A DNA stretch of 63,421 nt, counting the filler, from Licmophora abbreviata (Eukaryota): the NCBI GenBank assembly GCA_900291995.1. It is 8 parts of 8 records of this genome, joined end to end, with 100 filler letters (N's around TTAATTAATTAA, not from the genome) between each part and the next. Parts side by side here need not be neighbours in the genome. Positions count along the whole stretch, not along the records: positions 1 to 2,365 come from OLMU01001939.1; positions 2,466 to 3,763 come from OLMU01001940.1; positions 3,864 to 11,432 come from OLMU01001941.1; 5 more parts are not named here. One strand, written 5' to 3'. The position numbers and the translations under genes were made by a program. The notes beneath the pieces were generated by a model. That model did no database searches, was not told the origin of the DNA, and saw nothing but the letters and a program-made list of their open reading frames with translations. Below, in pieces: positions 1-9,982 of this stretch. The number at the start of each line of letters is the position of its first letter. Positions within the stretch are counted from its first letter, which is position 1.

Positions 1-303
1 GCCGAGGCTCTGAGTGCCGTGGCGATCAGCGCGCCGCGCGTGCCGCTGGTGGCCAATGTGGTGGCCGAGCAGGTGAGCGATCCGGACCGCATCCGCGCGC
101 TTCTGGTTGAGCAGGTGACAGGCGCGGTGCGCTGGCGCGAGTCGGTGCTCTATATGGCCGCCCAAGGCGTGACCGAGACATGGGAGATCGGCGCGGGCAA
201 GGCGCTGTCGGGCATGGTGCGCCGGATCGACCGTGACCTCGAGACCCGCGCGGTGGGCACGCCCGAGGATGTCGCAGCGGCGCTCGAGGCGATGAACGGC
301 TGA
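1..303 (+). CDS. fabD: Malonyl-CoA:ACP transacylase, C-terminal part (5' truncated), bacterial
   Basis: FabD C-terminal motifs (ANV, LLVEQVTGAVRW, EIGAGKALSGMVRRI); directly upstream of fabG. Confidence 0.93.
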   Translation, partial: AEALSAVAISAPRVPLVANVVAEQVSDPDRIRALLVEQVTGAVRWRESVLYMAAQGVTETWEIGAGKALSGMVRRIDRDLETRAVGTPEDVAAALEAMNG

Positions 304-382
304 GCCGGGGCGCGAAAAATTGCATTTTTCAGTCCGGATTTGCAGAGACAAATCCGGCACCAGACCAGAAGGAAGCACGAGA

Positions 383-1120
383 ATGTTTGATCTGACAGGG
401 AAATCCGCTCTGATCACCGGCGCGTCGGGTGGCATCGGGGGCGCGATCGCAAGGGCGCTGCACGGAGCCGGAGCAACCGTCGGGTTGAGTGGCACGCGCA
501 CCGAACCGCTCGAGGCGCTGGCCGCCGAATTGGGCGCGCGCACCCATGTGCTGCCCTGCAACCTCGGTGACGCGGAGGCGGTCGAGGCGCTGCCCAAGCA
601 GGCGATCGAGGCCATGGGATCGGTCGATATCCTCGTGAACAATGCCGGGATCACCCGCGATCAGATCTTCATGCGCATGTCCGACGAGGAATGGTCGCAA
701 GTGCTGGATGTGAACCTGACCTCGGCGATGCGGCTGTGCCGTGGCGTGATGCGCCCGATGATGAAGGCCCGGTGGGGGCGGATCATCAATATCAGTTCGA
801 TCGTGGGCGCCACGGGCAATCCCGGACAGGCGAATTACGCGGCCTCCAAGGCCGGGCTGGTCGGCATGACCAAATCCATCGCCTATGAGGTCGCAAGCCG
901 GGGCATCACCGCCAATGCGGTGGCGCCGGGCTTCATCGGGACGGCCATGACAGACAAGCTGACCGACGATCAGAAAGACAAGATCAACGCCCAGATCCCG
1001 ATGGCGCGGATGGGCAGCGCCGAAGAGATCGCGGCGGCGGTCCTGTATCTCGCCAGCGTCGAGGCGGGCTATGTCACGGGCACCACGCTGCATGTCAATG
1101 GCGGCATGGCGATGCTCTGA
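383..1120 (+). CDS. fabG: 3-oxoacyl-ACP reductase, bacterial
   Basis: SDR motifs TGASGGIG, NNAG, YAASK; ATG at 383 preceded by purine-rich AGAAGGAAG; fabD-fabG-acpP synteny. Confidence 0.96.
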   Translation: MFDLTGKSALITGASGGIGGAIARALHGAGATVGLSGTRTEPLEALAAELGARTHVLPCNLGDAEAVEALPKQAIEAMGSVDILVNNAGITRDQIFMRMSDEEWSQVLDVNLTSAMRLCRGVMRPMMKARWGRIINISSIVGATGNPGQANYAASKAGLVGMTKSIAYEVASRGITANAVAPGFIGTAMTDKLTDDQKDKINAQIPMARMGSAEEIAAAVLYLASVEAGYVTGTTLHVNGGMAML

Positions 1121-1358
1121 CGCCCGCGCCGGGTGCGGGAATCAACTCGGCTGGCTGCAAGCCGGGGGAGCGTGGCGGATAAATGCCGTCGTTGCCCGAA
1201 CCGCATATGCGACCTGCAAGGCCAGCGGCGCATCCCGTGCCGGGCTGTTGCAAACGGGGTTTCCCGTTTCTGTTCAGCGGATTAGGGCTCGGCTGCGGCT
1301 CAGCTGCAACGCCGGTCGGACAGGGGGTCGTTCCGGCGACGAGCCATTTGCGAAAGGA

Positions 1359-1387
1359 TTTGCCAATGGCGCGGCATATGCTATAGG
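1359..1387 (+). promoter_or_regulatory. Possible alphaproteobacterial sigma70-type promoter for acpP
   Basis: TTTGCC-N16-CTATAG about 160 nt upstream of acpP, resembling the alphaproteobacterial CTTGAC-N16/17-CTATAT consensus. Confidence 0.35.
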
Positions 1388-1545
1388 CGGCGCAGACTGG
1401 CCGGGCGACCCCGGACCAGACGCTCGGCTGCCCGCGTGGACGGGTTCGAAAAATCGCCCGGCAAGGGGCATCACCAAGCCGCCTCCCGGCTGGGGCAGGG
1501 GCAAAAAGCGGGTTCAGCGACCCGAAAGAAGATGAGGATTAAGAC

Positions 1546-1779
1546 ATGAGCGATATCGCAGACCGCGTGAAGAAAATCGTTGTCGAGCATCTCGGCGTGG
1601 AAGAAGACAAGGTGGCCGAGAACGCGTCGTTCATCGACGATCTGGGTGCTGACAGCCTTGACACGGTCGAGCTGGTCATGGCGTTCGAAGAGGAATTCGG
1701 CATCGAGATCCCGGATGACGCCGCAGAGACCATCCAGACCTTCGGCGATGCGGTCAAGTTCATCAGCGACGCCTCTTAA
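1546..1779 (+). CDS. acpP: Acyl carrier protein
   Basis: [20 protein letters not shown] phosphopantetheine motif, 77 aa, acidic; GAGGA ribosome-binding site upstream. Confidence 0.98.
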   Translation: MSDIADRVKKIVVEHLGVEEDKVAENASFIDDLGADSLDTVELVMAFEEEFGIEIPDDAAETIQTFGDAVKFISDAS

Positions 1780-1805
1780 GCCGACCGACACTGCCTGACG
1801 GCAAG

Positions 1806-1836
1806 AGGCCCCTGCGCAAGCGCGGGGGCCTTTTTC
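1806..1836 (+). terminator. Rho-independent terminator after acpP
   Basis: GC-rich stem AGGCCCCTGCGC-AA-GCGCGGGGGCCT followed by a T run. Confidence 0.75.
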
Positions 1837-2033
1837 ATGTGCGGCTCCGGAACATCGTCGGCACATCTCGGGCCAAGGGGCGACGCCCGGCAAGCAAGCG
1901 GCGGCGTTCCTGTCACCCCAAGGTCAAGCATCGGCAATCTTGCGTCCATGGGCAGGCGGGGCTTGCAGTGCTCTTGCCCCTCGGGGGCAAGGCGGGTTAA
2001 GAGCAACCGAAGAAAACACTTGGAAAGGGCAGC

Positions 2034-3396
2034 ATGATGCGTCGTGTGGTTGTCACCGGGCTGGGATTGGTCACGCCTTTGGCCTCGGGGGTCGAGGAAA
2101 CATGGAAACGCCTGCTGGCCGGACAGTCGGGCGCGGGCACGATCACGCGGTTCGATCCGGTGAACGTGGCGACGAAATATGCCTGCGAGGTGCCGCTTGG
2201 CGATGGCAGCGACGGCACGTTCAACGCCGACGATCACATGGCCCCCAAAGAGCGCCGCAAGGTGGATGATTTCATCCTGTACGGGATGGCGGCGGCGGAT
2301 ATGGCGGTCAAGGATTCGGGCTGGACGCCAGAGGACGAAGAGGGCCAGCTGCGCACGGGCGTGATNNNNNNNNNNNNNNNNNNNNNNNNNNNNNNNNNNN
2401 NNNNNNNNNTTAATTAATTAANNNNNNNNNNNNNNNNNNNNNNNNNNNNNNNNNNNNNNNNNNNNGATCGGATCAGGGATCGGCGGGCTGCGTTCGATCG
2501 AAGAGACGACGCTCATCATTCGTGACAAGGGCGTGCGGCGGGTGTCGCCGTTCTTTATCCCCGGCGCGCTGATCAACCTGATCAGCGGTCAGGTCAGCAT
2601 CCGCTATGGCTTCAAGGGGCCGAACCATTCGGTCGTCACCGCCTGTTCGACGGGGGCGCATGCGATCGGCGATGCCTCGCGGCTGATTCAGTTCGGCGAT
2701 GCCGATGTGATGGTCGCGGGCGGGGCCGAGGCCGCGATCTGCGAGATCGGGATCGCGGGCTTCAACGCCTGCAAGGCGCTCAGCACCAAATGGGCGGACA
2801 ACCCCAAGGCGGCAAGCCGGCCCTATGACGAGGGCCGGGACGGGTTTGTCATGGGCGAGGGTGCGGGCGTCGTGGTGCTGGAGGAATACGAGCACGCATT
2901 GGCGCGCGGCGCCAAGATCTATGCCGAGGTTCTGGGCTATGGTCTGTCGGGGGATGCCTATCACATCACCGCGCCGTCCGAGGATGGCGATGGCGGGTTC
3001 CGGGCCATGCAAGCCGCGCTGAAACATGCCGGCGTGACGCCGGATCAGGTGGATTACGTCAATGCACACGGCACCAGCACCATGGCCGACCCGATCGAGC
3101 TGAAGGCAGTGGAGCGACTGCTGGGAGAGGCGGCGAGCACGGCGACGATGAGTTCGACGAAATCCTCGACCGGGCACCTGCTGGGGGCGGCGGGGGCGAT
3201 CGAGGCGATCTTCTCGATCCTGGCGGTGCGCGATGATGTGGCGCCGCCGACGATCAACCTGGACAATCCGGCGGTGGAGACGGTGCTTGATCTTGCGCCG
3301 AACGCGAAACGGGAGCGGAAAATCGATGTCGCCATCTCGAACAGCTTCGGATTCGGGGGCACGAATGCCTGTCTGTGTCTTGGGAAACCGCGCTGA
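2034..3396 (+). CDS. fabF: Beta-ketoacyl-ACP synthase II, split by an assembly linker
   Basis: RRVVVTGLG start; catalytic Cys (TACSTG) and two His (NAHGTST, GHLLGAAG); SNSFGFGG end. The flanks of the 2366-2465 linker join seamlessly as GTG AT|G ATC GGA (V-M-I-G). Confidence 0.96.
2366..2465. other. Artificial linker (N44-TTAATTAATTAA-N44)
   Basis: Six-frame stop linker flanked by Ns; lies inside fabF. Confidence 0.99.
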
Positions 3397-3763
3397 TGTG
3401 GCGGCATATTGCCTCTAACTTCCTGACTTTCCTTGTTGTTCTGGTTTTCCTTGTAGGTGGTGTGATCCTGTGGGGCCAATCGGAATACACCGCGCAAGGT
3501 CCGTTGGATGAACCGATCTGCCTGAGGGTGGAGCGGGGCAGCAACATGCGGGCGGTGTCGCGCGATCTGGAGCAGGAAGGGGCGATTTCCAACGATACGA
3601 TTTTCCGGGTTGGCGTGGATTATGCCAACAAGAACAGTCTGTTGAAGGCCGGTAGCTGGCTCATTCCGGAAGGCGCAAGCATGTCGGAGATCTCCGACAT
3701 CATCACCCGTGGGGGGGCGAGCACCTGCGGCACCGAGGTGGTCTATCGAATCGGTGTCGACCG
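3396..3763 (+). CDS. mltG: Endolytic transglycosylase MltG/YceG, N-terminal part (3' truncated)
   Basis: ATG overlaps the fabF stop (TGATG); N-terminal TM helix, LKAGSW motif; conserved fabF-mltG synteny. Confidence 0.85.
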
Positions 3764-3863
3764 NNNNNNNNNNNNNNNNNNNNNNNNNNNNNNNNNNNNN
3801 NNNNNNNTTAATTAATTAANNNNNNNNNNNNNNNNNNNNNNNNNNNNNNNNNNNNNNNNNNNN
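3764..3863. other. Artificial linker at the bacterial/eukaryotic boundary
   Basis: Same linker; base composition and gene structure change across it. Confidence 0.99.
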
Positions 3864-3947
3864 CGTCGCCTCATCGGCGCAACTTTCTCTCTGACGTCCT
3901 TCATGGCAATAAAATCGGCGCTCCCGATCCATTCGTTATACCTGACC

Positions 3948-4525
3948 ATGTCGCTTCTCACGAAAATCGCCAGAAGCTCGTCTATCAGAGCAGCTTGGAG
4001 AAATAGCGCCTCGTGTCGGTTCTCGTCTGCGGAGGGTGACGCGTGCCGCGAGCCCCGGGTCCATCCCGTGTACGTTCACCACTTGTCGAAGGTTGTACTC
4101 CAGCATCTTCAAGTCTCACGCTCCAGCTGGGTGAAAGATAATGGACTGGATAAAGGCCTTCGTTTGAATTCGGATGGAACGTTTGTTTTGCGATACCCAC
4201 CAAGCGATGGGCAAGCAGACGGCGGTCGAATATGGTACGTTTTTCGAATGAGGCTACTTCCTCTCTTCATTGCAGTTTCTTTATTTTTAGGGAGCTGATC
4301 GCGCCTTTTTGTTTTGTTTTCAGGACAAGCTATGATGCTACAAAGAAGCAACATTGGCTGAGTGTGTACCGTCAAAAATTAGTTGGTCGTTTTCTCATGA
4401 AGGATAGTTTGGCCCACTTGGCGGGACAAGACTCGGATGATGTTGAGCAGTCGGTGCGATCAGTTGTGGACCAGATGATTCGAACGCTATCGGAATTAGA
4501 GAGTCCACAAGCGCCGCCCAGTTAG
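3948..4525 (+). CDS. Two-exon hypothetical protein, probably mitochondrial (exons 3948-4234, 4324-4525)
   Basis: GTACGT...TTTTCAG intron 4235-4323 joins two ORFs as GRIW-TSYD; N-terminus MSLLTKIARSSSIRAAWRNSASCRFSS is R/S-rich and lacks acidic residues. Confidence 0.65.
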
Positions 4526-5295
4526 AGAGAACGAGAGAGAAATAGCGAAGGAATCAGTTTGGACTCTCGACTTTGGAGGGGCAGTAAATTCGATGTACCG
4601 GTGCTGGGAAAGGGAAAACCCAAGTGTATTCAGCAATGATCACATGGATAACCGAAATATCTTGTGTCATCACTGCGTGCTAGTATTAAATCCCCTTTGA
4701 TCGTTTATGATTCGTCATTCGACCTGTAGCTATTATGGCGAAAACAACTGTAGAGTGACCTACAGCCGCCCCAATTTAACCCAAGGCACAGGCAGCCTTT
4801 TAAGCCCAACCTTTTCGAACTCGGTTGAAACAGGGTCTTCTTATCGTACCTCTCGGGCACCGGTAAACCGGGATGAAATCACTAGATTCTATTTGCGCCT
4901 TGTGCCTCGAGGGCCTCGCAGCTTTCGCGAGGCAACATAACTTTTTCCCGATTATGTCATAATAGGCTTTCAAGTGGAGGCGGTCATACACAGTATAGTA
5001 CTACTATAGTATTTTACTTTCTCAAGCTTCCTTAGGACAAAAATAAGTCACATGCACATAAATACGGTACTTCACTACTCTCGACATTAGTTATAGTACT
5101 TTCTGATGCGTTATGTAATGCTAGTCGACTCTATCCTGCTTGCAGCATCTGGTCAAGAGCCAACCCATTTTTTTCTTTTGCTCGTTCCGATGCGAGGAGA
5201 AAAGTGGAAGTTTACAGTGTAGTGTGTTCCAACCGGCGAGACCTGCGTTCCCTTAGCCCCTCTTCCTCTTGGAACGGAGATATCGCCCGACCGTC

Positions 5296-6894
5296 ATGAG
5301 TGCTGACTGTGAATTGTTGCAGGCTTGTCCGATCTTCCAAGACCTTTCCGCGGCTCAGGAGGACGATGGCGGATTTGCGGACGATGCAACATGGGTTTTG
5401 ACGTCTAGTTTCGTCATTCTCACTATGCAATCTGGTTTTGGACTACTTGAGATCGGCCATTCCATGCCGGGGCATGAGGTGAACATTATGCTCAAGAACG
5501 TTGTAGACGTGGTGCTGGGGGCATTAGCCTACTTCTTCTTTGGCTTCGGGATCTCCTACGGTAGCCCATCGAACCCCTTCATGGGCCTTGGCGACTTCTT
5601 CCCAGACGGGGACAACTCTGTCGACTCTGGTCTCCTGTATGCAGCATATCTTTTCCAGTTTAGTTTTGCTGCGACCTCGACTACCATCGTGAGCGGGTGC
5701 ATTGCAATGCGAATGCGCTTCTTTGTGTACTGCCTCTTTTCCTTCTACGCAGTGATTACGTACTCGTTCGTGACTCATTGGGTGTGGGGCAGCGACGGGT
5801 GGCTCGCTCAAATGGGCGTACACGACTTTGCTGGAGGAGGACCAGTTCATCTCTTGGGCGCAGTCAATGGGCTCGTTGGAATCCTGTTCGTTGGCCCGCG
5901 GACTGGTCGCTTTGATGGAACTAGACCGAAATCTTATTTTGTCGGAGCGTCCCCGACGTCCATGCTGTTTGGCCTGTTTATGCTCTGGTGGGGATGGATC
6001 GGTTTTAACTGTGGGTCTTCGTTCGGAATCACAGACGGCAAGTGGCTCGTGGCGACGAGAGCAGGCGTGACGACTATCAACAGCACGGCCGGAGGAGGCT
6101 TCGTGGCATTGCTGTATACTCAGATAAGGAGCCGGGGCAAACATGTAAAGCCAGCTCAGATGGTCGATGGCATCCTTGGAGCGCTGGTGGCTATTACGCC
6201 AACTTGTGCCTGTGTCCATACGTATGAGGCGTTGATCATTGGTGCGATTGGCGGATTGGTGGCACTGGTGAACAACGAGTATATCGAGTACCTCAAGCTG
6301 GATGACCCGGTGGGAGCGGTTGGTGTCCATGGCGGAAGTGCTGTGTTTGGCCTGATTGCCGTAGGACTGTTCGCAGACAGCAGCTTACCCGGAATCGACG
6401 TACGCGACGGTCTATTTCGTGGAGGAGGATTCACACAACTCGGTGTCCAGACCCTCGAGATTGTGGCTATCACAGCGTGGTCCATAGCGACAGCGTCGAT
6501 GTTCTACTACCTGGTAGGTGTTGCCATATGTCGCGATTTGCGCAACCCCCGAAAAGGCCTTCGACTGGACGAAGAAGATGGAGTGCGCACCGACCTGGCC
6601 TTGCATGGTTGTGTTGACAAGACAAAAGAATCGATTCTCAACGAAGTGAAAAAGACAATGACGGCGTCATTCCGTAGCCTTAGCCAACAGTCGGATGTCG
6701 ATCTTGGTGACGACTCTACAGGAGACGAAGAAGAAGGTCGGTCCGAGCCAGAGGAAGCAAAGAAAGTTAACAGAAGGGAGATGTTCGCCTCGCTTGGAGA
6801 GCCATCATCCAAACCGGAGGAGCCGCCAGAGCAAACCGAGAAAAGCGGGGACAAGCTGGTTTTCTTCAAGAGCGAACCGGAACACATTGCTTAG
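5296..6894 (+). CDS. AMT: Ammonium transporter (Amt/MEP/Rh family)
   Basis: MQSGFGLLE, FQFSFAAT, HWVW, DFAGGGPVH, WWGWIGFN, DDPVGAVGVH (twin His); acidic cytosolic tail. Confidence 0.96.
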   Translation: MSADCELLQACPIFQDLSAAQEDDGGFADDATWVLTSSFVILTMQSGFGLLEIGHSMPGHEVNIMLKNVVDVVLGALAYFFFGFGISYGSPSNPFMGLGDFFPDGDNSVDSGLLYAAYLFQFSFAATSTTIVSGCIAMRMRFFVYCLFSFYAVITYSFVTHWVWGSDGWLAQMGVHDFAGGGPVHLLGAVNGLVGILFVGPRTGRFDGTRPKSYFVGASPTSMLFGLFMLWWGWIGFNCGSSFGITDGKWLVATRAGVTTINSTAGGGFVALLYTQIRSRGKHVKPAQMVDGILGALVAITPTCACVHTYEALIIGAIGGLVALVNNEYIEYLKLDDPVGAVGVHGGSAVFGLIAVGLFADSSLPGIDVRDGLFRGGGFTQLGVQTLEIVAITAWSIATASMFYYLVGVAICRDLRNPRKGLRLDEEDGVRTDLALHGCVDKTKESILNEVKKTMTASFRSLSQQSDVDLGDDSTGDEEEGRSEPEEAKKVNRREMFASLGEPSSKPEEPPEQTEKSGDKLVFFKSEPEHIA

Positions 6895-7308
6895 AGAAAG
6901 GAAAACGATCGAGTCCGGTGAAGAGCGACCAGCTGTGTGGTCCCGCAATAGTATGGCTAACGGTTTTTCCATCAAACGAGTCAGATTTTGAGATTTTTGA
7001 AAGTACCTTCTCGAAAGGTACAACAGATATGCGTGTCGTTTTTGCCCCGAGAACGTGTTTGAGTTGCCTATCAGTACTGTACATAACAAGTATGTTGACA
7101 CGGTATTAGTGTTGTTCACATGGATAGATTCTGCGGTATTAGTGCTAACCGAGTATGTCGCCGCGTCGACAACTCTAACATGAAAATTTGAAAGCTGAAG
7201 CTGACAGTGAGGGTCGACTCACTCGACTCACCGCGGCATCTCACTGTCGCGTCGTCGGTTTTGCGTTGTGGTCGGCGTCGCCTCAATCCCATCACACATC
7301 TCATCACC

Positions 7309-8310
7309 ATGGCGTCCAGCAACGATGCGAACACCGATAGTCCACTCCTGTACGATGCCCTCACTGCATATTTGTCGCCCTTGTTGCAAAAACATGCCAA
7401 GGGAAGCTTGATTCTCTATGACGACTTGATGAGTGCTTGGGACGCCGCACAAGCCGTGTTGAAGCGCAGAAATGATGGAGAGGAGGCTGCAACGAACAAG
7501 ACTGTGTCGGTGCGTGACGAAAGTCGCGTTTTTATTGCTGTTCTCTATAGAGTGCTTGATTCTTACAGATGTTCGTTTACTCTTGCCATATCACAGCAAC
7601 GACTTTTCGACTTGCATCAATCCCAGCGGAGCGCATATCAAGAGTCGGCACGTGCCGACTTGAGCCGCTATGCGGAAAGCATCGAACTTCTCGAGCGATC
7701 GCAATCTTCGGCCCGAGAGTATCTTCAAGCTTGTCTACAGCACGTGAAAAGTCACCCAGACAAGCCGGATTGGAAGAACGTCTCCAAGCTATGGGAGCCA
7801 CTCTGCAAGGCAATCGTGACGAAGAGAGTGCAGGCTATTCTGTTGAAAGAACAGCGACAGAAGGAACAAGAAGAACAGCAGAAGCAGGCCCCAGGTGAGG
7901 TCGCAGAAACGCAAGAGAATGAAGATACGCAGCCAATGGAAGATGAACAGTCAGAGAACGAGCCGGTGACTGGAGACGACAATGACGACGCGGAAGAAGA
8001 AGAAGATGGAGGAGAAGCTGGTGGCGATACGACTCCTCTACAGAACATTGAGGACGAAGAAGAGGGCGAGGTACCAGGCGAGGAGCAAGACATGAACATG
8101 GTTTCATCAGGAGATCGAGATCAACCAATCGCGTCGACCAATTCTACGAAGCCTAAGCAGGCTTCAAAGAAGACACCCGGCGTTCGGAAACGATCGGCGG
8201 CTGTGGCATCGGGAAAGAAGACGTTGGTCAAGAAGAAAGTGGGCAGCAGCCGGGGACGCGCACCCCGCGGACGCCGTGGTGGTCGAGGGGGAGCGAATGC
8301 AAGCAAGTAG
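7309..8310 (+). CDS. Hypothetical protein with helical N-domain, acidic tract and basic RGG tail
   Basis: Long ORF, start context CACCATGG, D/E-rich middle, K/R-rich end (RGRRGGRGG). Confidence 0.7.
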   Translation: MASSNDANTDSPLLYDALTAYLSPLLQKHAKGSLILYDDLMSAWDAAQAVLKRRNDGEEAATNKTVSVRDESRVFIAVLYRVLDSYRCSFTLAISQQRLFDLHQSQRSAYQESARADLSRYAESIELLERSQSSAREYLQACLQHVKSHPDKPDWKNVSKLWEPLCKAIVTKRVQAILLKEQRQKEQEEQQKQAPGEVAETQENEDTQPMEDEQSENEPVTGDDNDDAEEEEDGGEAGGDTTPLQNIEDEEEGEVPGEEQDMNMVSSGDRDQPIASTNSTKPKQASKKTPGVRKRSAAVASGKKTLVKKKVGSSRGRAPRGRRGGRGGANASK

Positions 8311-8347
8311 TTCGTATCTAAACACTGATTGAAAGACTGGAATCGTC

Positions 8348-9673
8348 TCATATACAATTTTCTGATTCGACAATCTTCATATCGTCGAAGACGACAACGA
8401 GAACACTTTCGCTAGAACTGGCGCGTACAAACTCATGGCGGATCCGTACCGAACCAAGGCTGTCGCCGTAGGCCACAGAAGCGAGCTCCTGTATCTGGGA
8501 AATAGTACTGCTTTCTAAGCCGGCCGAATGCTCGCCGTCTTCATGAAGCTCGAACTCCATCAAACATGCTGCTGGTAACATCCAAAGCGGCTCATTACAG
8601 AAGAATTTTCGAGTTTGGAACTTCTCCATGAGCGTCGTAAGTTTTGCCAAGGCCTTGCTTAGTCCCATGTCTAAGTCACAAGCCACAAGCTGAATAGTAT
8701 ACGCATGTTTGGCCAGTGCAGCGGCCGTCTTGTCGGAGTCCATGTCGGCCTCTACGTGATTGACGCCCTGCAACTCGAGGGTCTCATCAGATACGCCCGC
8801 GTTGCTTACGGCAATGACTTGCTCAAATCCAATATGCTTTCGAAGTACGTGCGTCCATGTTCCCGCCCCTAGGTGCAGTCCCATACCATCTAAGGGTATT
8901 GAAAAGTGTCGTTTGATGCGTTCGTCCCACAACTTGGCGAGTAGAGTGCGAGATGCTCTCCCGATGTCTACCAAGTGGACGGTTCTGGGTGGGAAGCTGG
9001 TCTTAGTCACATTGGTTGACTCCTGGGAGGCGGATGGCTCGAATCGCGACACGCCCCACAGATAGCGCTGGGTTGTGGGATCGTAGACGATACAGAGAAC
9101 ATGAGAATACTCGATGGAGGGATTCTCCGATCTATGTATACAAGCAATGTGCCCCTCTCGAAGACCAATTTGTAGCTCCTCCCTGCGTCGAAGATGATCT
9201 GGAAGCTCATGCATAACCAGTACATGTCGCTCCTTGTCAAAGCCTGCTGACGGCAGGTAGTCTTGAATAGACTGGGCGAGGGCATATCCGTCGCTGCTGA
9301 TGGTGTTTCCCATGGACCTTAGATGATGCGTTAGCTGAACTTTCGACGTCGACGACTCATGATGTGAAGGCATCAGGACTTGTCGGAGCTCGAGATAGGC
9401 GTTGTCGGAGTCTTCTATCAGTAGAAACCTATGTCGAGTCACTCCATTGCTGCCCAACAGTTTCATTGTGGGACTTGACGAAGGAAATGGCTTTGGGTGT
9501 TCCCCGGTCGTATGGGTGCCGTGTGCGTTTGGAACACATTGTACCAGAGATATTTTTCCACCAGACAAGGACGCGCTATGCACGACTAGAGCACGGATTG
9601 CACTTCCAGACGATACAGACACATTCACTCTGAATGTGTGTCTTGGGAGGGGAGATGAAGTAGTATCTTCCAT
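8348..9673 (-). CDS. Hypothetical protein with a degenerate FtsJ/RlmM-like methyltransferase domain
   Basis: SRTLLAKL...GLHLGAGTWTHVL...VIAVS...GVNHVEAD...LVACDLD echoes the family pattern SRAxxKL...DLGAxPGGWT...VxAVD...GVxH...vvCDM. Confidence 0.55.
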   Translation of the reverse strand: MEDTTSSPLPRHTFRVNVSVSSGSAIRALVVHSASLSGGKISLVQCVPNAHGTHTTGEHPKPFPSSSPTMKLLGSNGVTRHRFLLIEDSDNAYLELRQVLMPSHHESSTSKVQLTHHLRSMGNTISSDGYALAQSIQDYLPSAGFDKERHVLVMHELPDHLRRREELQIGLREGHIACIHRSENPSIEYSHVLCIVYDPTTQRYLWGVSRFEPSASQESTNVTKTSFPPRTVHLVDIGRASRTLLAKLWDERIKRHFSIPLDGMGLHLGAGTWTHVLRKHIGFEQVIAVSNAGVSDETLELQGVNHVEADMDSDKTAAALAKHAYTIQLVACDLDMGLSKALAKLTTLMEKFQTRKFFCNEPLWMLPAACLMEFELHEDGEHSAGLESSTISQIQELASVAYGDSLGSVRIRHEFVRASSSESVLVVVFDDMKIVESENCI

Positions 9674-9982
9674 CCCATCGTGAACATCCAACCGAACTCA
9701 ACGGACGATGCGCCGTCATTGCCAAGAGTCACAGTTTCGAAAACTTTCGCGCCAAACTTTCACAGAGCGAATCCAAAAAATGTCATAAGGGCCCTCAGAT
9801 CATCTCGAACCCTATCAATCAAAGTGAGTTAAAAAGTCTCTCGAAGAAACCCGTTCTGCTCTGTATTCAATTCCGGCGACCTGTTCCTGCTCGACGAAAC
9901 CCTGCTCGTCCCGTTGTAGCTGGGGTAGGTCAACTAGCATAGTCAGTGGCTTGTCTATTTTCAGTTTCTTTTACAGTTATTT

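Noticed and set aside
1121..1545. sRNA or small ORF in the fabG-acpP intergenic region
   Set aside because: No ribosome-binding-site-supported ORF or recognisable RNA family; most simply a promoter and 5' UTR
329..3177. Long antisense ORFs over fabG and fabF, and similar ones over PDH E2, KARI and AMT
   Set aside because: Shadow ORFs caused by codon bias of the real genes; no recognisable motifs
4990..5012. AT-rich inverted repeat TATAGTA-C-TACTATA upstream of AMT
   Set aside because: Short and low complexity; no known motif can be assigned
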